Shown: one piece after another, positions 49,576 through 59,701 of the stretch
How positions within the stretch are numbered: the first letter of the stretch is position 1
Layout: every line of letters begins with the position of its first letter
From: a virus
Taxonomy: Duplodnaviria > Caudoviricetes
Virus record (IMG/VR): IMGVR_UViG_3300025011_000016
Length of the DNA stretch: 64,000 nt
Strand: one strand, 5' to 3'
The notes under the pieces: generated by a model
The model's database searches: none
What the model was told of the DNA's origin: nothing
What the model saw: the letters and a program-made list of their open reading frames with translations, nothing else
Program-made: the position numbers and the translations under genes

Positions 49576-49647
49576 ATTAAATCTAATAATCTATTCAACT
49601 ATATATTATATATTAGTAAAGAAATAAAATTTAGGAGGAATTTATTA

Positions 49648-50238
49648 ATGGAAAAATTAACAGATTTAGAAATGGTGCAGAAGAATCCTTTAAACATTAT
49701 ACTTATTGAGAATCCAGATGTTGATGTGCAGTTAGCTACAGTAAATAAAGACGGGTTATTGTTACAATTTATCATCAACCCTAACCGTGAAGTCCAAGAG
49801 TGTGCTGTTAGAAATAACGGTGATGCAATTCAGTTTATTGCAGATCCTGATTTTGAAATGCAATTAATTGCTGTATATAGTAATTCTATGAGTATTCGCT
49901 TCATTAAAGATCCAAATATGCCTGTTCAAAGAGCGGCTATTATACATGGTGGAGGGGGCCGGGCTATTCAGTGTATTGAAAATCCAGAACCCCATATACA
50001 AATAATGGCATTCAAACAAGATAGCTATCAATTCAAATCCCCTTTTGAAGACGAATATAAAGAGATTATGAAATTTCGACGAGAATATTTTACAAATACC
50101 ATTAAAAATATCAAAGATCCACATCCAAAAGTTCAATTGTATTCCGTTGAGCATGATATCAACTCAATCAGATATATCAATAATCCCCATCCTGATGTAT
50201 TAGAGTACGTGAAACAAGAACTATTAAAGAATTTGTAA
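49648..50238 (+). CDS. DUF4116-like 22-aa repeat protein 4
   Basis: Repeats; 5' 44 nt (49631-49674) identical to 47924-47967. Confidence 0.8.
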   Translation: MEKLTDLEMVQKNPLNIILIENPDVDVQLATVNKDGLLLQFIINPNREVQECAVRNNGDAIQFIADPDFEMQLIAVYSNSMSIRFIKDPNMPVQRAAIIHGGGGRAIQCIENPEPHIQIMAFKQDSYQFKSPFEDEYKEIMKFRREYFTNTIKNIKDPHPKVQLYSVEHDINSIRYINNPHPDVLEYVKQELLKNL

Positions 50239-50324
50239 TCTATGAAATAAAGAATATGATAATTCGTATTCTTTATTTTTTTAAGTATATATTATATTAG
50301 TATATAGAAAGGGGATGTAATATA

Positions 50325-50507
50325 GTGGACGATGATGTGAAATTAATAATTGACGATTGTTTGTGCCAGCTACGTATTAAAAACCCAGGAATATTCATAT
50401 ATCTAAAAGATATTAATATTGAATGTGGCCATTTTAGTGTCCAGGTCGGTGATGAATTAGATCCACGAGATTATACATTTATGCAACAATGGGGTGATGT
50501 TAAATGA
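50325..50507 (+). CDS. Small hypothetical protein
   Basis: Early motif at 50286, RBS AAGGGG, GTG start, overlaps the next start codon. Confidence 0.5.
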   Translation: MDDDVKLIIDDCLCQLRIKNPGIFIYLKDINIECGHFSVQVGDELDPRDYTFMQQWGDVK

Positions 50508-50977
50508 CTGATCTGGAGCTTATAAAAATACACCCAATAAATATCCTATTAGTTGATAAGCCGGATATTACTTTACAAAAGGCGGCTATTCAAAAATATG
50601 CTGTCAGTATTCAATTTACTGACAATATTGATAGTGATATAAAATTAGCAGCACTATGGTATGACCATAGATCTAAATTCTTTGTGGGGTTTATTAAGGA
50701 TGGTAGCAATAAGACTCAGCTCTTCATATTTGAAATGGATGTCGATACAAATTTTTATCATATTATAGATCCACATAAAGATTTGGATTTAATACATATG
50801 AGCTCTAATGGATATAGTATGAATCATGTTAAAAATCCCAATAGGGATATATTACTAGGGTTTGTGAAAAACAAAGAATTGTCTATCCAAATTATTGAAG
50901 ACCCAGACGATGATGTTCAGATGGTAATTATACAACAAAATAGTTGGCTATTTGATGGGACGTTTAACTATAAATAA
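50504..50977 (+). CDS. Degenerate DUF4116-like repeat protein 5
   Basis: MTDLELIK.HPINI N-terminus with eroded repeats. Confidence 0.6.
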   Translation: MTDLELIKIHPINILLVDKPDITLQKAAIQKYAVSIQFTDNIDSDIKLAALWYDHRSKFFVGFIKDGSNKTQLFIFEMDVDTNFYHIIDPHKDLDLIHMSSNGYSMNHVKNPNRDILLGFVKNKELSIQIIEDPDDDVQMVIIQQNSWLFDGTFNYK

Positions 50978-51099
50978 TTAGTATCATTAAATAAAGAATA
51001 CATTAATTCGTATTCTTTATTTTTTTTGTAATATTTAATATTCTATTCAACTATATATTATAGATCAGTAAATACATAAATTATTTAGGGGGAATTGAG

Positions 51100-51651
51100 A
51101 TGACATCTGAGACTAATCAATTGATACGATCAACATTATCTTTAATAAAGGAGAATCCTTTATACATTAAACTTGTTAAAAATCCAAGTAGGAATTTGCA
51201 ATTAGCCGCAACACGGGAGTCTGGTTATATTATCCAGTATATTAAGAATCCAGATAAAGAAGTTCAACTTACTGTGGTCCGAAGAGATGGAAATGTAATT
51301 AAGTATATCCAAAACCCGGATAAGGATGTTCAAATTGTAGCTGTACGACAAAACGAATGTGCTATCCAATTTATTACCAATCCACACATAAAAGTTCAAC
51401 TTATTGCAGTTAAGGAAAATGGCCTTGTTATTAAGTATATCAAAGATCCAATCAGATCAGTTCAATTACTTGCTGTAAGACAAAATCCCGAAGCCATACA
51501 GTACATCAAAGATCCTGATAAAAGTATTCAGTTGATTGCTGTAAAGAGTCAGATTTCAACTATTAATATGATTGATAATCCAGATCCTGCCATATCAGAA
51601 TATGTTAGGCATGAATTAAAGAAATTGGATTATCATTCTGAAATAAATTAA
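51100..51651 (+). CDS. DUF4116-like 22-aa repeat protein 6
   Basis: Regular repeats; early motif at 51052. Confidence 0.8.
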   Translation: MTSETNQLIRSTLSLIKENPLYIKLVKNPSRNLQLAATRESGYIIQYIKNPDKEVQLTVVRRDGNVIKYIQNPDKDVQIVAVRQNECAIQFITNPHIKVQLIAVKENGLVIKYIKDPIRSVQLLAVRQNPEAIQYIKDPDKSIQLIAVKSQISTINMIDNPDPAISEYVRHELKKLDYHSEIN

Positions 51652-51665
51652 AGGGGTGTTTATAA

Positions 51666-52187
51666 ATGGATAGAAATAAATTTCGTTTCATAACATTTTT
51701 CAAAACATATAGGGTTGTAGAACTGGCAGATTTGGTCGCCACGAAAATTGAAAGGAGTGAGTCTTACTATATTCATAAAAGTAGACCTAGTTCTATACAT
51801 AAATCATATAGACCATCTACTATTATTACCAAGCAAGAATTTGAAGAGCTTTTATCCACAGCAAAATGTCCTATTATATTAAGTGATGAATACATTGATT
51901 TAGATATGGAAATAGATATTTATGATGGTATTATGGAAGAATCAATAGATTTACAAATGGTGCGATTAAATCCAGATATCATTAGAAGTATTGGAAATCC
52001 AAGTGAAGAGGTTCAATTAACTGCTGTGGAAAGTTTCGGTATGGTAATCAGATTTATTAAAACACCTAGTATTGATGTACAATTAGCGGCAATTAAAAAT
52101 TGTCCTTTCGCGTTATGTGTTATTGATAAACCTGATCCTAGTGTAGTAGAATACGCTAGAAGTGAATTAAAAAAGAGGGGATATTAA
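51666..52187 (+). CDS. Unknown N-terminal domain fused to ~3 DUF4116-like repeats (protein 7)
   Basis: Repeats start after residue ~95. Confidence 0.7.
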   Translation: MDRNKFRFITFFKTYRVVELADLVATKIERSESYYIHKSRPSSIHKSYRPSTIITKQEFEELLSTAKCPIILSDEYIDLDMEIDIYDGIMEESIDLQMVRLNPDIIRSIGNPSEEVQLTAVESFGMVIRFIKTPSIDVQLAAIKNCPFALCVIDKPDPSVVEYARSELKKRGY

Positions 52188-52219
52188 ATTCAAAATAAAT
52201 ATTTAGGAGGAATTTAAAG

Positions 52220-52933
52220 ATGAATAATACATTATTAGTAATCAAAGATCCTTTAAACATCTTAACCATTAAAGATCCGAGTGAAGAGGTTAAACTAGCT
52301 GCCGTAACCACAGCAGGTTATGTTATCCAGTTCATTGAAAATCCAAGTGTTAATCTCCAATTAAAAGTCGTACGGACAGATGGAAGACTTATTCGTTATA
52401 TCAATAATCCATGTAAAGAAGTTCAGATAGCTGCAGTTGAGCAGAATGGAGTAGCTATTCGTTACATACCAGACCCATGTGAAGAGGTTCAATTGGCGGC
52501 TGTACTTGAAGAAGGGACTTCTATTAAGTTCATTAAAAATCCTTCTATTCAGTTACAAACTATTGCTGTTCAACAGAATGGTTACGCCATTCGATATATT
52601 TCAGATCCAAGTAAAGAACTTCAACTTACTGCTGTAGAGCAAAGTGGTTGTGCTATTAAGTATATTAGACAACCTGCTAAAAATATCCAAATGGCTGCCG
52701 TAAAACAGGATGCACGAGCTATGGAGTTCATTAAAGTATTCAGTATGGAGGTAGCCATATTAGCTGTACAAAAGGATTGTTCTACTATTAAAAGATTTGC
52801 CCATCCTAGTAAAGAAGTGCAAATGGCTGCTGTTAAGACTGATATACATTGTATTAGATATATTATCAATCCTGATGCTGAGGTAATGGAATATGTAAAA
52901 CAACAGTTAAAACACTCTATAGTTTTCAGATAA
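52220..52933 (+). CDS. DUF4116-like 22-aa repeat protein 8
   Basis: About 10 regular repeats. Confidence 0.8.
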   Translation: MNNTLLVIKDPLNILTIKDPSEEVKLAAVTTAGYVIQFIENPSVNLQLKVVRTDGRLIRYINNPCKEVQIAAVEQNGVAIRYIPDPCEEVQLAAVLEEGTSIKFIKNPSIQLQTIAVQQNGYAIRYISDPSKELQLTAVEQSGCAIKYIRQPAKNIQMAAVKQDARAMEFIKVFSMEVAILAVQKDCSTIKRFAHPSKEVQMAAVKTDIHCIRYIINPDAEVMEYVKQQLKHSIVFR

Positions 52934-53016
52934 CTTAATTAACTAAAAGTAAGAATACGATAATTCGTATTCTTACTTTTTTTGTTTATATATTATAATA
53001 ATGTAATACATAAAAA

Positions 53017-53985
53017 ATGAAGGAGCTAACAAACAAAATGGAAGGCTATACCCGGAAAGATATTCCTTTAGAAAAATTAAATATGATCAACTCCATTATT
53101 AATCAAACGATTACATTGGAGAAACAAAGTGAACAAGCACAACTAGAATCAGTTTTAAACTGTGCCTGGGACATTAAATTTATGCATAATACCACAGAAA
53201 AAGTCCAATTGGCTGCCGTAAAACAAGATGGAATGTTATTGCAGTTTATTAAAGATCCGTCTGAAAAAGTTCAACTGACTGCTATCAAACAAAATGGACA
53301 GGCGATATGCTTTATTGAGCATCCGTCCGAATTATTACAAATGACAGCAGTTAAGAACTCTATTAAGGCTAAAGCGTTACAATATATTCACAATCCGCTA
53401 GAGGTAGTACAGATAACTGCTCTTAAACAAGATGGGAAGATGATACAGTTTATCAATAATCCATCTGAAGATGTACAATTAACAGCAGTAAGGGAAAATG
53501 GTACAGTAATTAAATATTTATTCAATCCATCGGAGCGAGTCCAACTAGCAGCTATTGAAAAAAATCCTATAGTTATAATGCATATTAAGAAACCTTTTAA
53601 AACAGTGATTCTTAAAGCATTAAATCTAGATTATAGTCTCATTAGGTGCATTGCTAATCCTAGTGAGGAAATTCAATTAGCTGCTGTTGATATATGCCCT
53701 GATGCAATTCGATATATCTATGATCCTAGTAGAAAGGTTATAGATTATACTAAGAGGCTTCTAGCTAAACAAATTGATTCCTCGGGTATATATATTAAAG
53801 AAAAACTTAGTGTACTAGTTAACTGTAGAAATAAAACTATTTATGTGATTGTCTTCAATGGTAATGGTAAAGTTAATTCTCTGTTATCCAAAAATGATAT
53901 ACTAACAAATGCTGAAGCTGATCAATATGTTAGTGAACTTAGAGAGAAATTCAATATAGCTAAAATTGAATATGACGCGGATTAA
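53017..53985 (+). CDS. DUF4116-like repeat protein 9 with a C-terminal extension
   Basis: Repeats plus a ~70-aa unique tail; early motif at 52987. Confidence 0.8.
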   Translation: MKELTNKMEGYTRKDIPLEKLNMINSIINQTITLEKQSEQAQLESVLNCAWDIKFMHNTTEKVQLAAVKQDGMLLQFIKDPSEKVQLTAIKQNGQAICFIEHPSELLQMTAVKNSIKAKALQYIHNPLEVVQITALKQDGKMIQFINNPSEDVQLTAVRENGTVIKYLFNPSERVQLAAIEKNPIVIMHIKKPFKTVILKALNLDYSLIRCIANPSEEIQLAAVDICPDAIRYIYDPSRKVIDYTKRLLAKQIDSSGIYIKEKLSVLVNCRNKTIYVIVFNGNGKVNSLLSKNDILTNAEADQYVSELREKFNIAKIEYDAD

Positions 53986-54041
53986 TTAAAAATAATAAAG
54001 GGTATTGAGGTATCCTTTATTTTTTTGTATTAATACAATTA

Positions 54042-54053
54042 AACATAGTAATA
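54042..54053 (+). promoter_or_regulatory. Late promoter AACA-N6-TA
   Basis: AACA-TAGTAA-TA upstream of 54082. Confidence 0.6.
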
Positions 54054-54081
54054 AAAACAAATATAAAGGAGTTGAATAGCT

Positions 54082-54552
54082 ATGGATAAATTCGTTAATT
54101 ATGGTGGTGTTAACCTTAAGGTAAAAGATAATGGTGATGGTACTTGGTCAGCACAAGCTGTATTAGATGGAACTGATGCTACTGGAGTAACTCAGGAATC
54201 TGGTGGTACTGGTTCAAGAGGTTGGTTATCTAGTATTTATAATGTTATGAAAGGTATACAAACTACTATTAATGCATTTATTGCAGGCAATACTGTTAAT
54301 GAAGTTAAACGATATACATTAGTAGCTAATACTGATACATTATTTACATTTTCAGGTGTATGTAAAAGATTTGATATTCTTAATGTTGGACCAGGTGATG
54401 CTTATTATGAGGTCGATGGGGTTGCATCTGTTAATGGTACAACAAGTACTTTATTACCTGCTGAAACAGGATATGGTATATCTATGCAGGGAACGACAAT
54501 CCATGTTATTTCTACAGGAACCCCAATTGTTCAAATTGTGGGGGTGAGATAA
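54082..54552 (+). CDS. Putative virion or tail-fibre-associated protein
   Basis: Late promoter; beta-rich 156 aa; abuts the next gene. Confidence 0.55.
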   Translation: MDKFVNYGGVNLKVKDNGDGTWSAQAVLDGTDATGVTQESGGTGSRGWLSSIYNVMKGIQTTINAFIAGNTVNEVKRYTLVANTDTLFTFSGVCKRFDILNVGPGDAYYEVDGVASVNGTTSTLLPAETGYGISMQGTTIHVISTGTPIVQIVGVR

Positions 54553-56577
54553 ATGGAAGGTTATTTTAAATTACCGGGTACTGTAAAAGCAGATCTTGCT
54601 GCGTATAAGGCAGAAACTACGGCACAGTTAGCTGATAAAGCACCGCAAATAGCATTAGATATTGAGAAGGCAAGGATTAATAATTTAGTCGCGGTCACCA
54701 ATGCTTCTTTTTACGAAAAATCTACAGCAGGGATAACTGGAGTATTATTAATAGTAGAGAGTGGAGCAACTACAGGACAAATTAATCTTGCAAGCGTTAC
54801 ACCAGTAGCGACAGGATATACAGCAGTAGCGGGTGATTATGTATTACTTGTTTATGGTGTAGCGAGTGGTAGTGCAGAATTAATAGATCTGAAAATTGGG
54901 GCCGATGGTATAACCTATGGAAGTGCAGGGGAAGCAGTCAGAGGGCAAATTGGTAAATTAAAGACAAATATTGGTGGTGAAAAAGATTGGACACACTTAA
55001 CGGGTGATTATGTATTACAAACTGTACCGGCAATAAGCGGTGCAAGATGGTCTGCTATGAATAGCGACCTTGGACATACATTAATTCTTTTAACCAGCCT
55101 ATTATACTACTATTACACAGAACCTATCGAAGTTAAGGCGGGAGATAAATTCCATATTCAGGTTACAGGTAGCAGGGCTGATTTGTACCATGTCATTTAC
55201 TTGGATGAAGATTCTATCTTCATTGGGGGGGAATGTTATGGTGACGGTGTATGGGATGTTGAAATTACTATACCAGAAAACTGTAAATACTTAGAATTCA
55301 ATATATTAGCAAATTTGTCTGTGTATAAGTACATTTATGACAGACTTGCAACCGAAAAGTATGTTGAAACAAATTGCGTTACATTTTCAGACAAGTCTTT
55401 AACATACCAAGACCCTGCTAATAGATGGAATGTAGGTACACAATCGGTTGTCGATGAAATGACAACTTATCTAAACAGTGTGAAATTTGATAAGGATACA
55501 TTTGATGTCCGCTATAAAATGACGACTAATTTTTCCCATGATTCCAAACTTGCGATTGATGCAGTAAATGGTTTAGCCTATTGCTGTATGCTTACTAATG
55601 ATGTTGGAACAGGAGATAGCCCAACGTATACAGACGCATATTCTATTTTGGAAATAATTGATTTGGATAGTTGGACATTACTTGGTAGGCATGATGCTGG
55701 TAAGTATGGGGATGCGGTTGGCGGTTTTACAATTATCTCAGGTGTTGGCGGTGCTACACCAATTATCATTGATGGGGATATAACAGTTACGTTTTGCGCG
55801 AAACTTAGTGACAACAAATGGTATATGTTGCGTAAAGTGTTTGATGTAGCAACTAGCACTTTCGGAGCTACTGCTATTTGCCAGTTTACTCACGAGGCGG
55901 CGACCTTTGATTTTACAACTGATAATATTAGCTTAAATGTATTCACGCTTCCAAGTGTAGACCACTTTCCTAATGTTGGGGCACAGGCGAGTAAACACAC
56001 TGATGGTTATTATTATTGTGGCTTACTGTTCAATAGTTTGATTCCAAACAGTATTTTGATCAGGACACTAGATTTCTTAACCTTTGAATATTGGCTTGAA
56101 CCTCAATTCGTTGATTCGCAAGCTAACTGGGAGGGTTCTTGCTTCTGCAAAGATGGTTATCTGTATTACGCATTAAGGCAAATTTCAAATAGCACAGAAC
56201 CATTCAATACTAAAATACTCTTATCTAAAATCAATCTTACGTCTAAGGCGATAGTGGAACAAATTAAGATTCAAGATGCTGGGTCAAAAGGATATTTTTT
56301 CACAGATGGTACTAATATTTATTTGGTTCATAGCACATGTGCAAGACAAAGAACTGAAATATTAAAAATAGACCCTTCCAATCTTGGTAATAGCAGTATC
56401 GTTGTTCAAGGAACGATGCAATCTGTCTATCCAAACATTGAAGCATACAATGGATATTATTACTTGCTTGGAACTGGAAATAGTTCGACTAGTGTATATC
56501 TTAGAAAATTTGACTTGTTGCCTTACGCAAATCTTGATATATCAAATAGAGTGGTAAGTTTATTTGATATTCAGTAG
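54553..56577 (+). CDS. Tail fibre / receptor-binding protein with a putative beta-propeller (sialidase-like) C-terminus
   Basis: N-terminal AETTAQLADK and GEAVRGQI tail-protein motifs; aromatic-rich propeller-like C-terminus. The composition shift begins near its 5' end. Confidence 0.5.
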   Translation: MEGYFKLPGTVKADLAAYKAETTAQLADKAPQIALDIEKARINNLVAVTNASFYEKSTAGITGVLLIVESGATTGQINLASVTPVATGYTAVAGDYVLLVYGVASGSAELIDLKIGADGITYGSAGEAVRGQIGKLKTNIGGEKDWTHLTGDYVLQTVPAISGARWSAMNSDLGHTLILLTSLLYYYYTEPIEVKAGDKFHIQVTGSRADLYHVIYLDEDSIFIGGECYGDGVWDVEITIPENCKYLEFNILANLSVYKYIYDRLATEKYVETNCVTFSDKSLTYQDPANRWNVGTQSVVDEMTTYLNSVKFDKDTFDVRYKMTTNFSHDSKLAIDAVNGLAYCCMLTNDVGTGDSPTYTDAYSILEIIDLDSWTLLGRHDAGKYGDAVGGFTIISGVGGATPIIIDGDITVTFCAKLSDNKWYMLRKVFDVATSTFGATAICQFTHEAATFDFTTDNISLNVFTLPSVDHFPNVGAQASKHTDGYYYCGLLFNSLIPNSILIRTLDFLTFEYWLEPQFVDSQANWEGSCFCKDGYLYYALRQISNSTEPFNTKILLSKINLTSKAIVEQIKIQDAGSKGYFFTDGTNIYLVHSTCARQRTEILKIDPSNLGNSSIVVQGTMQSVYPNIEAYNGYYYLLGTGNSSTSVYLRKFDLLPYANLDISNRVVSLFDIQ

Positions 56578-56616
56578 GTCGTAGTTGACGCAAACCCCGA
56601 CACAGAGAGGTGAAAA

Positions 56617-58434
56617 ATGGCACAACTAAAAATATTAAACCCCTCCCTCGAACCTTTGGCGATACTACTTAACGTAGTGTCGCCTTCTGTTTCCGAAGAA
56701 ATAAACCGCGAGTTCACGGCATCGTTTCAAACCATTATCGACGGCGACAAAAGCGACTACATCACCTATCAAAACATCGTCGAAATTGAAGGTAACTATT
56801 TTAACATCGTCTACACGAAAGACAACCACAACCCCGACGGCACACTGACAATCGACGGTGAGTGTGAGCATGTGAGTTATGATCTAATCGGCGACGAAAA
56901 CGACCCGGCAGACCCTATGATACATGAGTATTACGCAAATGTTGGCACCCCTACAGCGTTACTGACAACGTTGCTTTCCGGCACAGGCTTTACGGTAGGA
57001 CAAGTTGATTTTACTGCGCTGACAACTATCGCGATTAACGAAAAGGTTAACAAGCGGGGAATACTCATAACGCTGGCTGAACAGTTAGGCGGGGAACTAA
57101 AGTTCGACAAGTACGAAATATCCCTATTGTCGCGCAGGGGAGCGGATCGTGGGCTAGGATTTAGGTATCGTCGAAATCTAGCTAGTATGTCGCGGATCAC
57201 AGACAACCGTAACAAGGTTGATGGATTGCCTACCGTGACATACACCACGGATGTTGTCGAATTGGAGTTCGCTGAAGGGCATGGGACTGACGATCATTAC
57301 GAGTTGGGGGATACAGTTTATCTATTTGACGACCAGTTAGGCATTGCAAATGTGCCACTTAGAATTATCAAGGAGTCTCACAACCCTCAGCAACGTATGC
57401 AGGGAAACGTGACTATATCAAATCTCTCGGACGCATTCGTAAAGGATATACATGACACGGTGGCTGGGTTGCAACAGAGTACAGTGTATAAGGGAGCGTT
57501 GTACAACGGGGTAAGGATAAGTGCATACGATGGGTTCGTGGCGACTAGGACGGACAATAAAGTCAGGACGACACTCAATGCAACGAATGGAATTTCGGTA
57601 CAAAGTGGCGATGGTTTAGGTACGTGGGTAGACAGGTTTTACGTCGATATTGACGGCAACACTCGCCTGAAAAATGCTTTTATTGACATAACTAGTGGTG
57701 ACACATATATCCTGATTAGCCCGACTGAGGGGATCAGGATTACAAAGGATAGTGTCGATAAGTTTTCCTTAGACACCAATGGCAATGTGCAGCTAAAAGA
57801 CGCATCAATCAACATAACCAGTGATGGCACAAACATAATTATTAGCCCGGTCGAAGGGATTAAAATTACCAAGGACAGCGTCGATAAGTTCTATGTCGAT
57901 GTCAATGGAAATCTAACCTTTGACGGCAAGATGATGGTAACTGACTCAGGGAATACTTTGGCGGAAATATTCAAGGATACTAACGGAGGGATTCTAAATC
58001 TCTATGATTTGTCAGGAAACCTGAATGTAAAGATCGGAGTAGAATCAGGAGTTGCAGGGAATACAGGGGGAACGCTGGTCTTGTTTAAGGATGTTCCTCC
58101 CGGATCTGATCCAATCAATTTTAGAAGGGTAGAACTTGGCATTAGCAGTACGTTTGACTGTGGGGCTGCAAACTTTAGAGACACAAGCAACAAGGTTAGG
58201 GCTAGTATTCAAGCCGACTCTTCCGCTGGCCCGTATATCGGGATAAGGGATTCCGCAGAAGTAATGAAGAGTTATATTTCCGAGTTTTTTGGCAAAATAG
58301 ACAACGAATTAATTGCAACTAGGCCTTGGGTAGATATCCAAATAGCCGCCTACGACCTGGTTATAAAGGAATGGGTTGTAGAGCAAATAGCGGCTGTAAT
58401 ATTTACACACATTGAGGAATTCCACACACCATAA
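56617..58434 (+). CDS. Siphophage-type tail hub / prophage tail endopeptidase-family protein
   Basis: VSEEINREFT.SF...ECEHVSYDL...GGELKFDKYEISLL.RRGADRG..FRY.RNL; 42-aa internal repeat (DKFYVD.NGN...) x2.5. Confidence 0.7.
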   Translation: MAQLKILNPSLEPLAILLNVVSPSVSEEINREFTASFQTIIDGDKSDYITYQNIVEIEGNYFNIVYTKDNHNPDGTLTIDGECEHVSYDLIGDENDPADPMIHEYYANVGTPTALLTTLLSGTGFTVGQVDFTALTTIAINEKVNKRGILITLAEQLGGELKFDKYEISLLSRRGADRGLGFRYRRNLASMSRITDNRNKVDGLPTVTYTTDVVELEFAEGHGTDDHYELGDTVYLFDDQLGIANVPLRIIKESHNPQQRMQGNVTISNLSDAFVKDIHDTVAGLQQSTVYKGALYNGVRISAYDGFVATRTDNKVRTTLNATNGISVQSGDGLGTWVDRFYVDIDGNTRLKNAFIDITSGDTYILISPTEGIRITKDSVDKFSLDTNGNVQLKDASINITSDGTNIIISPVEGIKITKDSVDKFYVDVNGNLTFDGKMMVTDSGNTLAEIFKDTNGGILNLYDLSGNLNVKIGVESGVAGNTGGTLVLFKDVPPGSDPINFRRVELGISSTFDCGAANFRDTSNKVRASIQADSSAGPYIGIRDSAEVMKSYISEFFGKIDNELIATRPWVDIQIAAYDLVIKEWVVEQIAAVIFTHIEEFHTP

Positions 58435-58493
58435 GCCATAGGGCTTATTTTTTATGGGTAGCAATGAAAGGATGGCGAAAGGAAGGTGTGCTA

Positions 58494-58742
58494 ATGGAAC
58501 ATCAAGACGTACTTATGGACATCAGGGAACGCTTAGTTCGCGTGGAAACAAAGTTGGACAACCATAACGGCATCAGGGAAAGACTTGATGCCGCAGAGGA
58601 CAAGGCAATCGAAAACGAGTCTAGATCTAAATCGAATTGCCATCGAATCGACAAGCTAGAGGCTAACCTAACATGGCTCTGGCGCACAATTGCCGGGGCT
58701 GTTATTGTTGCTGGAATTGGGGCATTGGCTATTTTTAAGTAG
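58494..58742 (+). CDS. Hemolysin XhlA-family holin-associated protein
   Basis: IRERLVRVETKLD...HRIDKLE...WLWRTIAGAVI; ATG 58494 has an RBS. Confidence 0.75.
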   Translation: MEHQDVLMDIRERLVRVETKLDNHNGIRERLDAAEDKAIENESRSKSNCHRIDKLEANLTWLWRTIAGAVIVAGIGALAIFK

Positions 58743-58753
58743 GAGGAATTGGT

Positions 58754-59422
58754 TTGCCTAAGGTATACATTAGTCCAAGTACGCAGGAAATGAACCGAGG
58801 AGTATCGCCGTTTGGTACTGAAGAAGCGGAAACGAACAAGATTGCGGATGTGCTTATTCAGCTATTGAGCAACGATGGGAGATTTCAAGTAAAACGTAAT
58901 TCTACAGCTATGGACCCTTACCAATGTGCTGAAGACTCTAACAACTTCGGGGCTGATATTCATGTCGCAATCCATAGCAACGCCGGGGGCGGAGAGGGGA
59001 CGGAGGTTTTTGCCTATGGTGCAGGTTCAAACTCAGACCGATTAGCCAAGTGTCTTTACAGCAAGGTTGCGCCTCTTAGCCCGGGAAATGACCGAGGAGT
59101 GAAGTTTAACCCCAAGCTAATCGAGGTAGGAAACAGTGTCAACGCCACGTCCTGCTTAATCGAGCTGGCATTTCACGATGAAGCTAACGATGCAAGATGG
59201 TTGGTTAACGGGCGAGATTCAATTGCTATGGCTCTCTACCATGGGATTTGTGACTATTTTAGTTATGATTACATGGAGATTAAAGAAGCGTCTGAGGTTA
59301 AAAAAACCATTGCGCCTGACGATATTTACATAAGCGTAAGGGCGCAAAAACACTTGGCAGATCAGGCGATAAAGGATATTAACAAGCTGGGGTTTGCTGC
59401 CAAGATTCTTGAGTTGGCATAA
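58754..59422 (+). CDS. N-acetylmuramoyl-L-alanine amidase (Amidase_3) endolysin
   Basis: KVYISPS...E...ADIHVAIHSNA...GTEVF...CLIELAFHD...A; TTG start with RBS AGGAGG. Confidence 0.85.
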   Translation: MPKVYISPSTQEMNRGVSPFGTEEAETNKIADVLIQLLSNDGRFQVKRNSTAMDPYQCAEDSNNFGADIHVAIHSNAGGGEGTEVFAYGAGSNSDRLAKCLYSKVAPLSPGNDRGVKFNPKLIEVGNSVNATSCLIELAFHDEANDARWLVNGRDSIAMALYHGICDYFSYDYMEIKEASEVKKTIAPDDIYISVRAQKHLADQAIKDINKLGFAAKILELA

Positions 59423-59513
59423 ATCAAGGTAAACCATTGACCAGCCTATAATGCATGGTTTACCTAGGTAAACTTGTAAACTTTTAGTAAACCTTTTGAA
59501 AGGAGCGACAGCC

Positions 59514-59687
59514 ATGGAAAATAAAGCAACACTAATCGCGATCGGTGGGGTTGTTGTCATAGGGCTCGGAGTCTTGGCTCAATCTGTAATTACCGGGCAG
59601 GCCATGGACCCGGAGCTGATAAAGTTAATCGTAACTGGTCTTGTAGGATTTGCTAGTGGTGCGGCTGCGGTAAAGATAGCTGGTTAA
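59514..59687 (+). CDS. Small two-TM holin-like protein
   Basis: Two hydrophobic helices downstream of the endolysin; RBS AAGGAG before ATG 59514. Confidence 0.55.
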   Translation: MENKATLIAIGGVVVIGLGVLAQSVITGQAMDPELIKLIVTGLVGFASGAAAVKIAG

Positions 59688-59701
59688 ATAAGGACATAAC
59701 G

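Noticed and set aside
47170-53985. CRISPR array or DGR target/template repeats
   Set aside because: Repeats are in-frame 66-nt coding units without spacers; there is no reverse transcriptase and no adenine-specific variation pattern.
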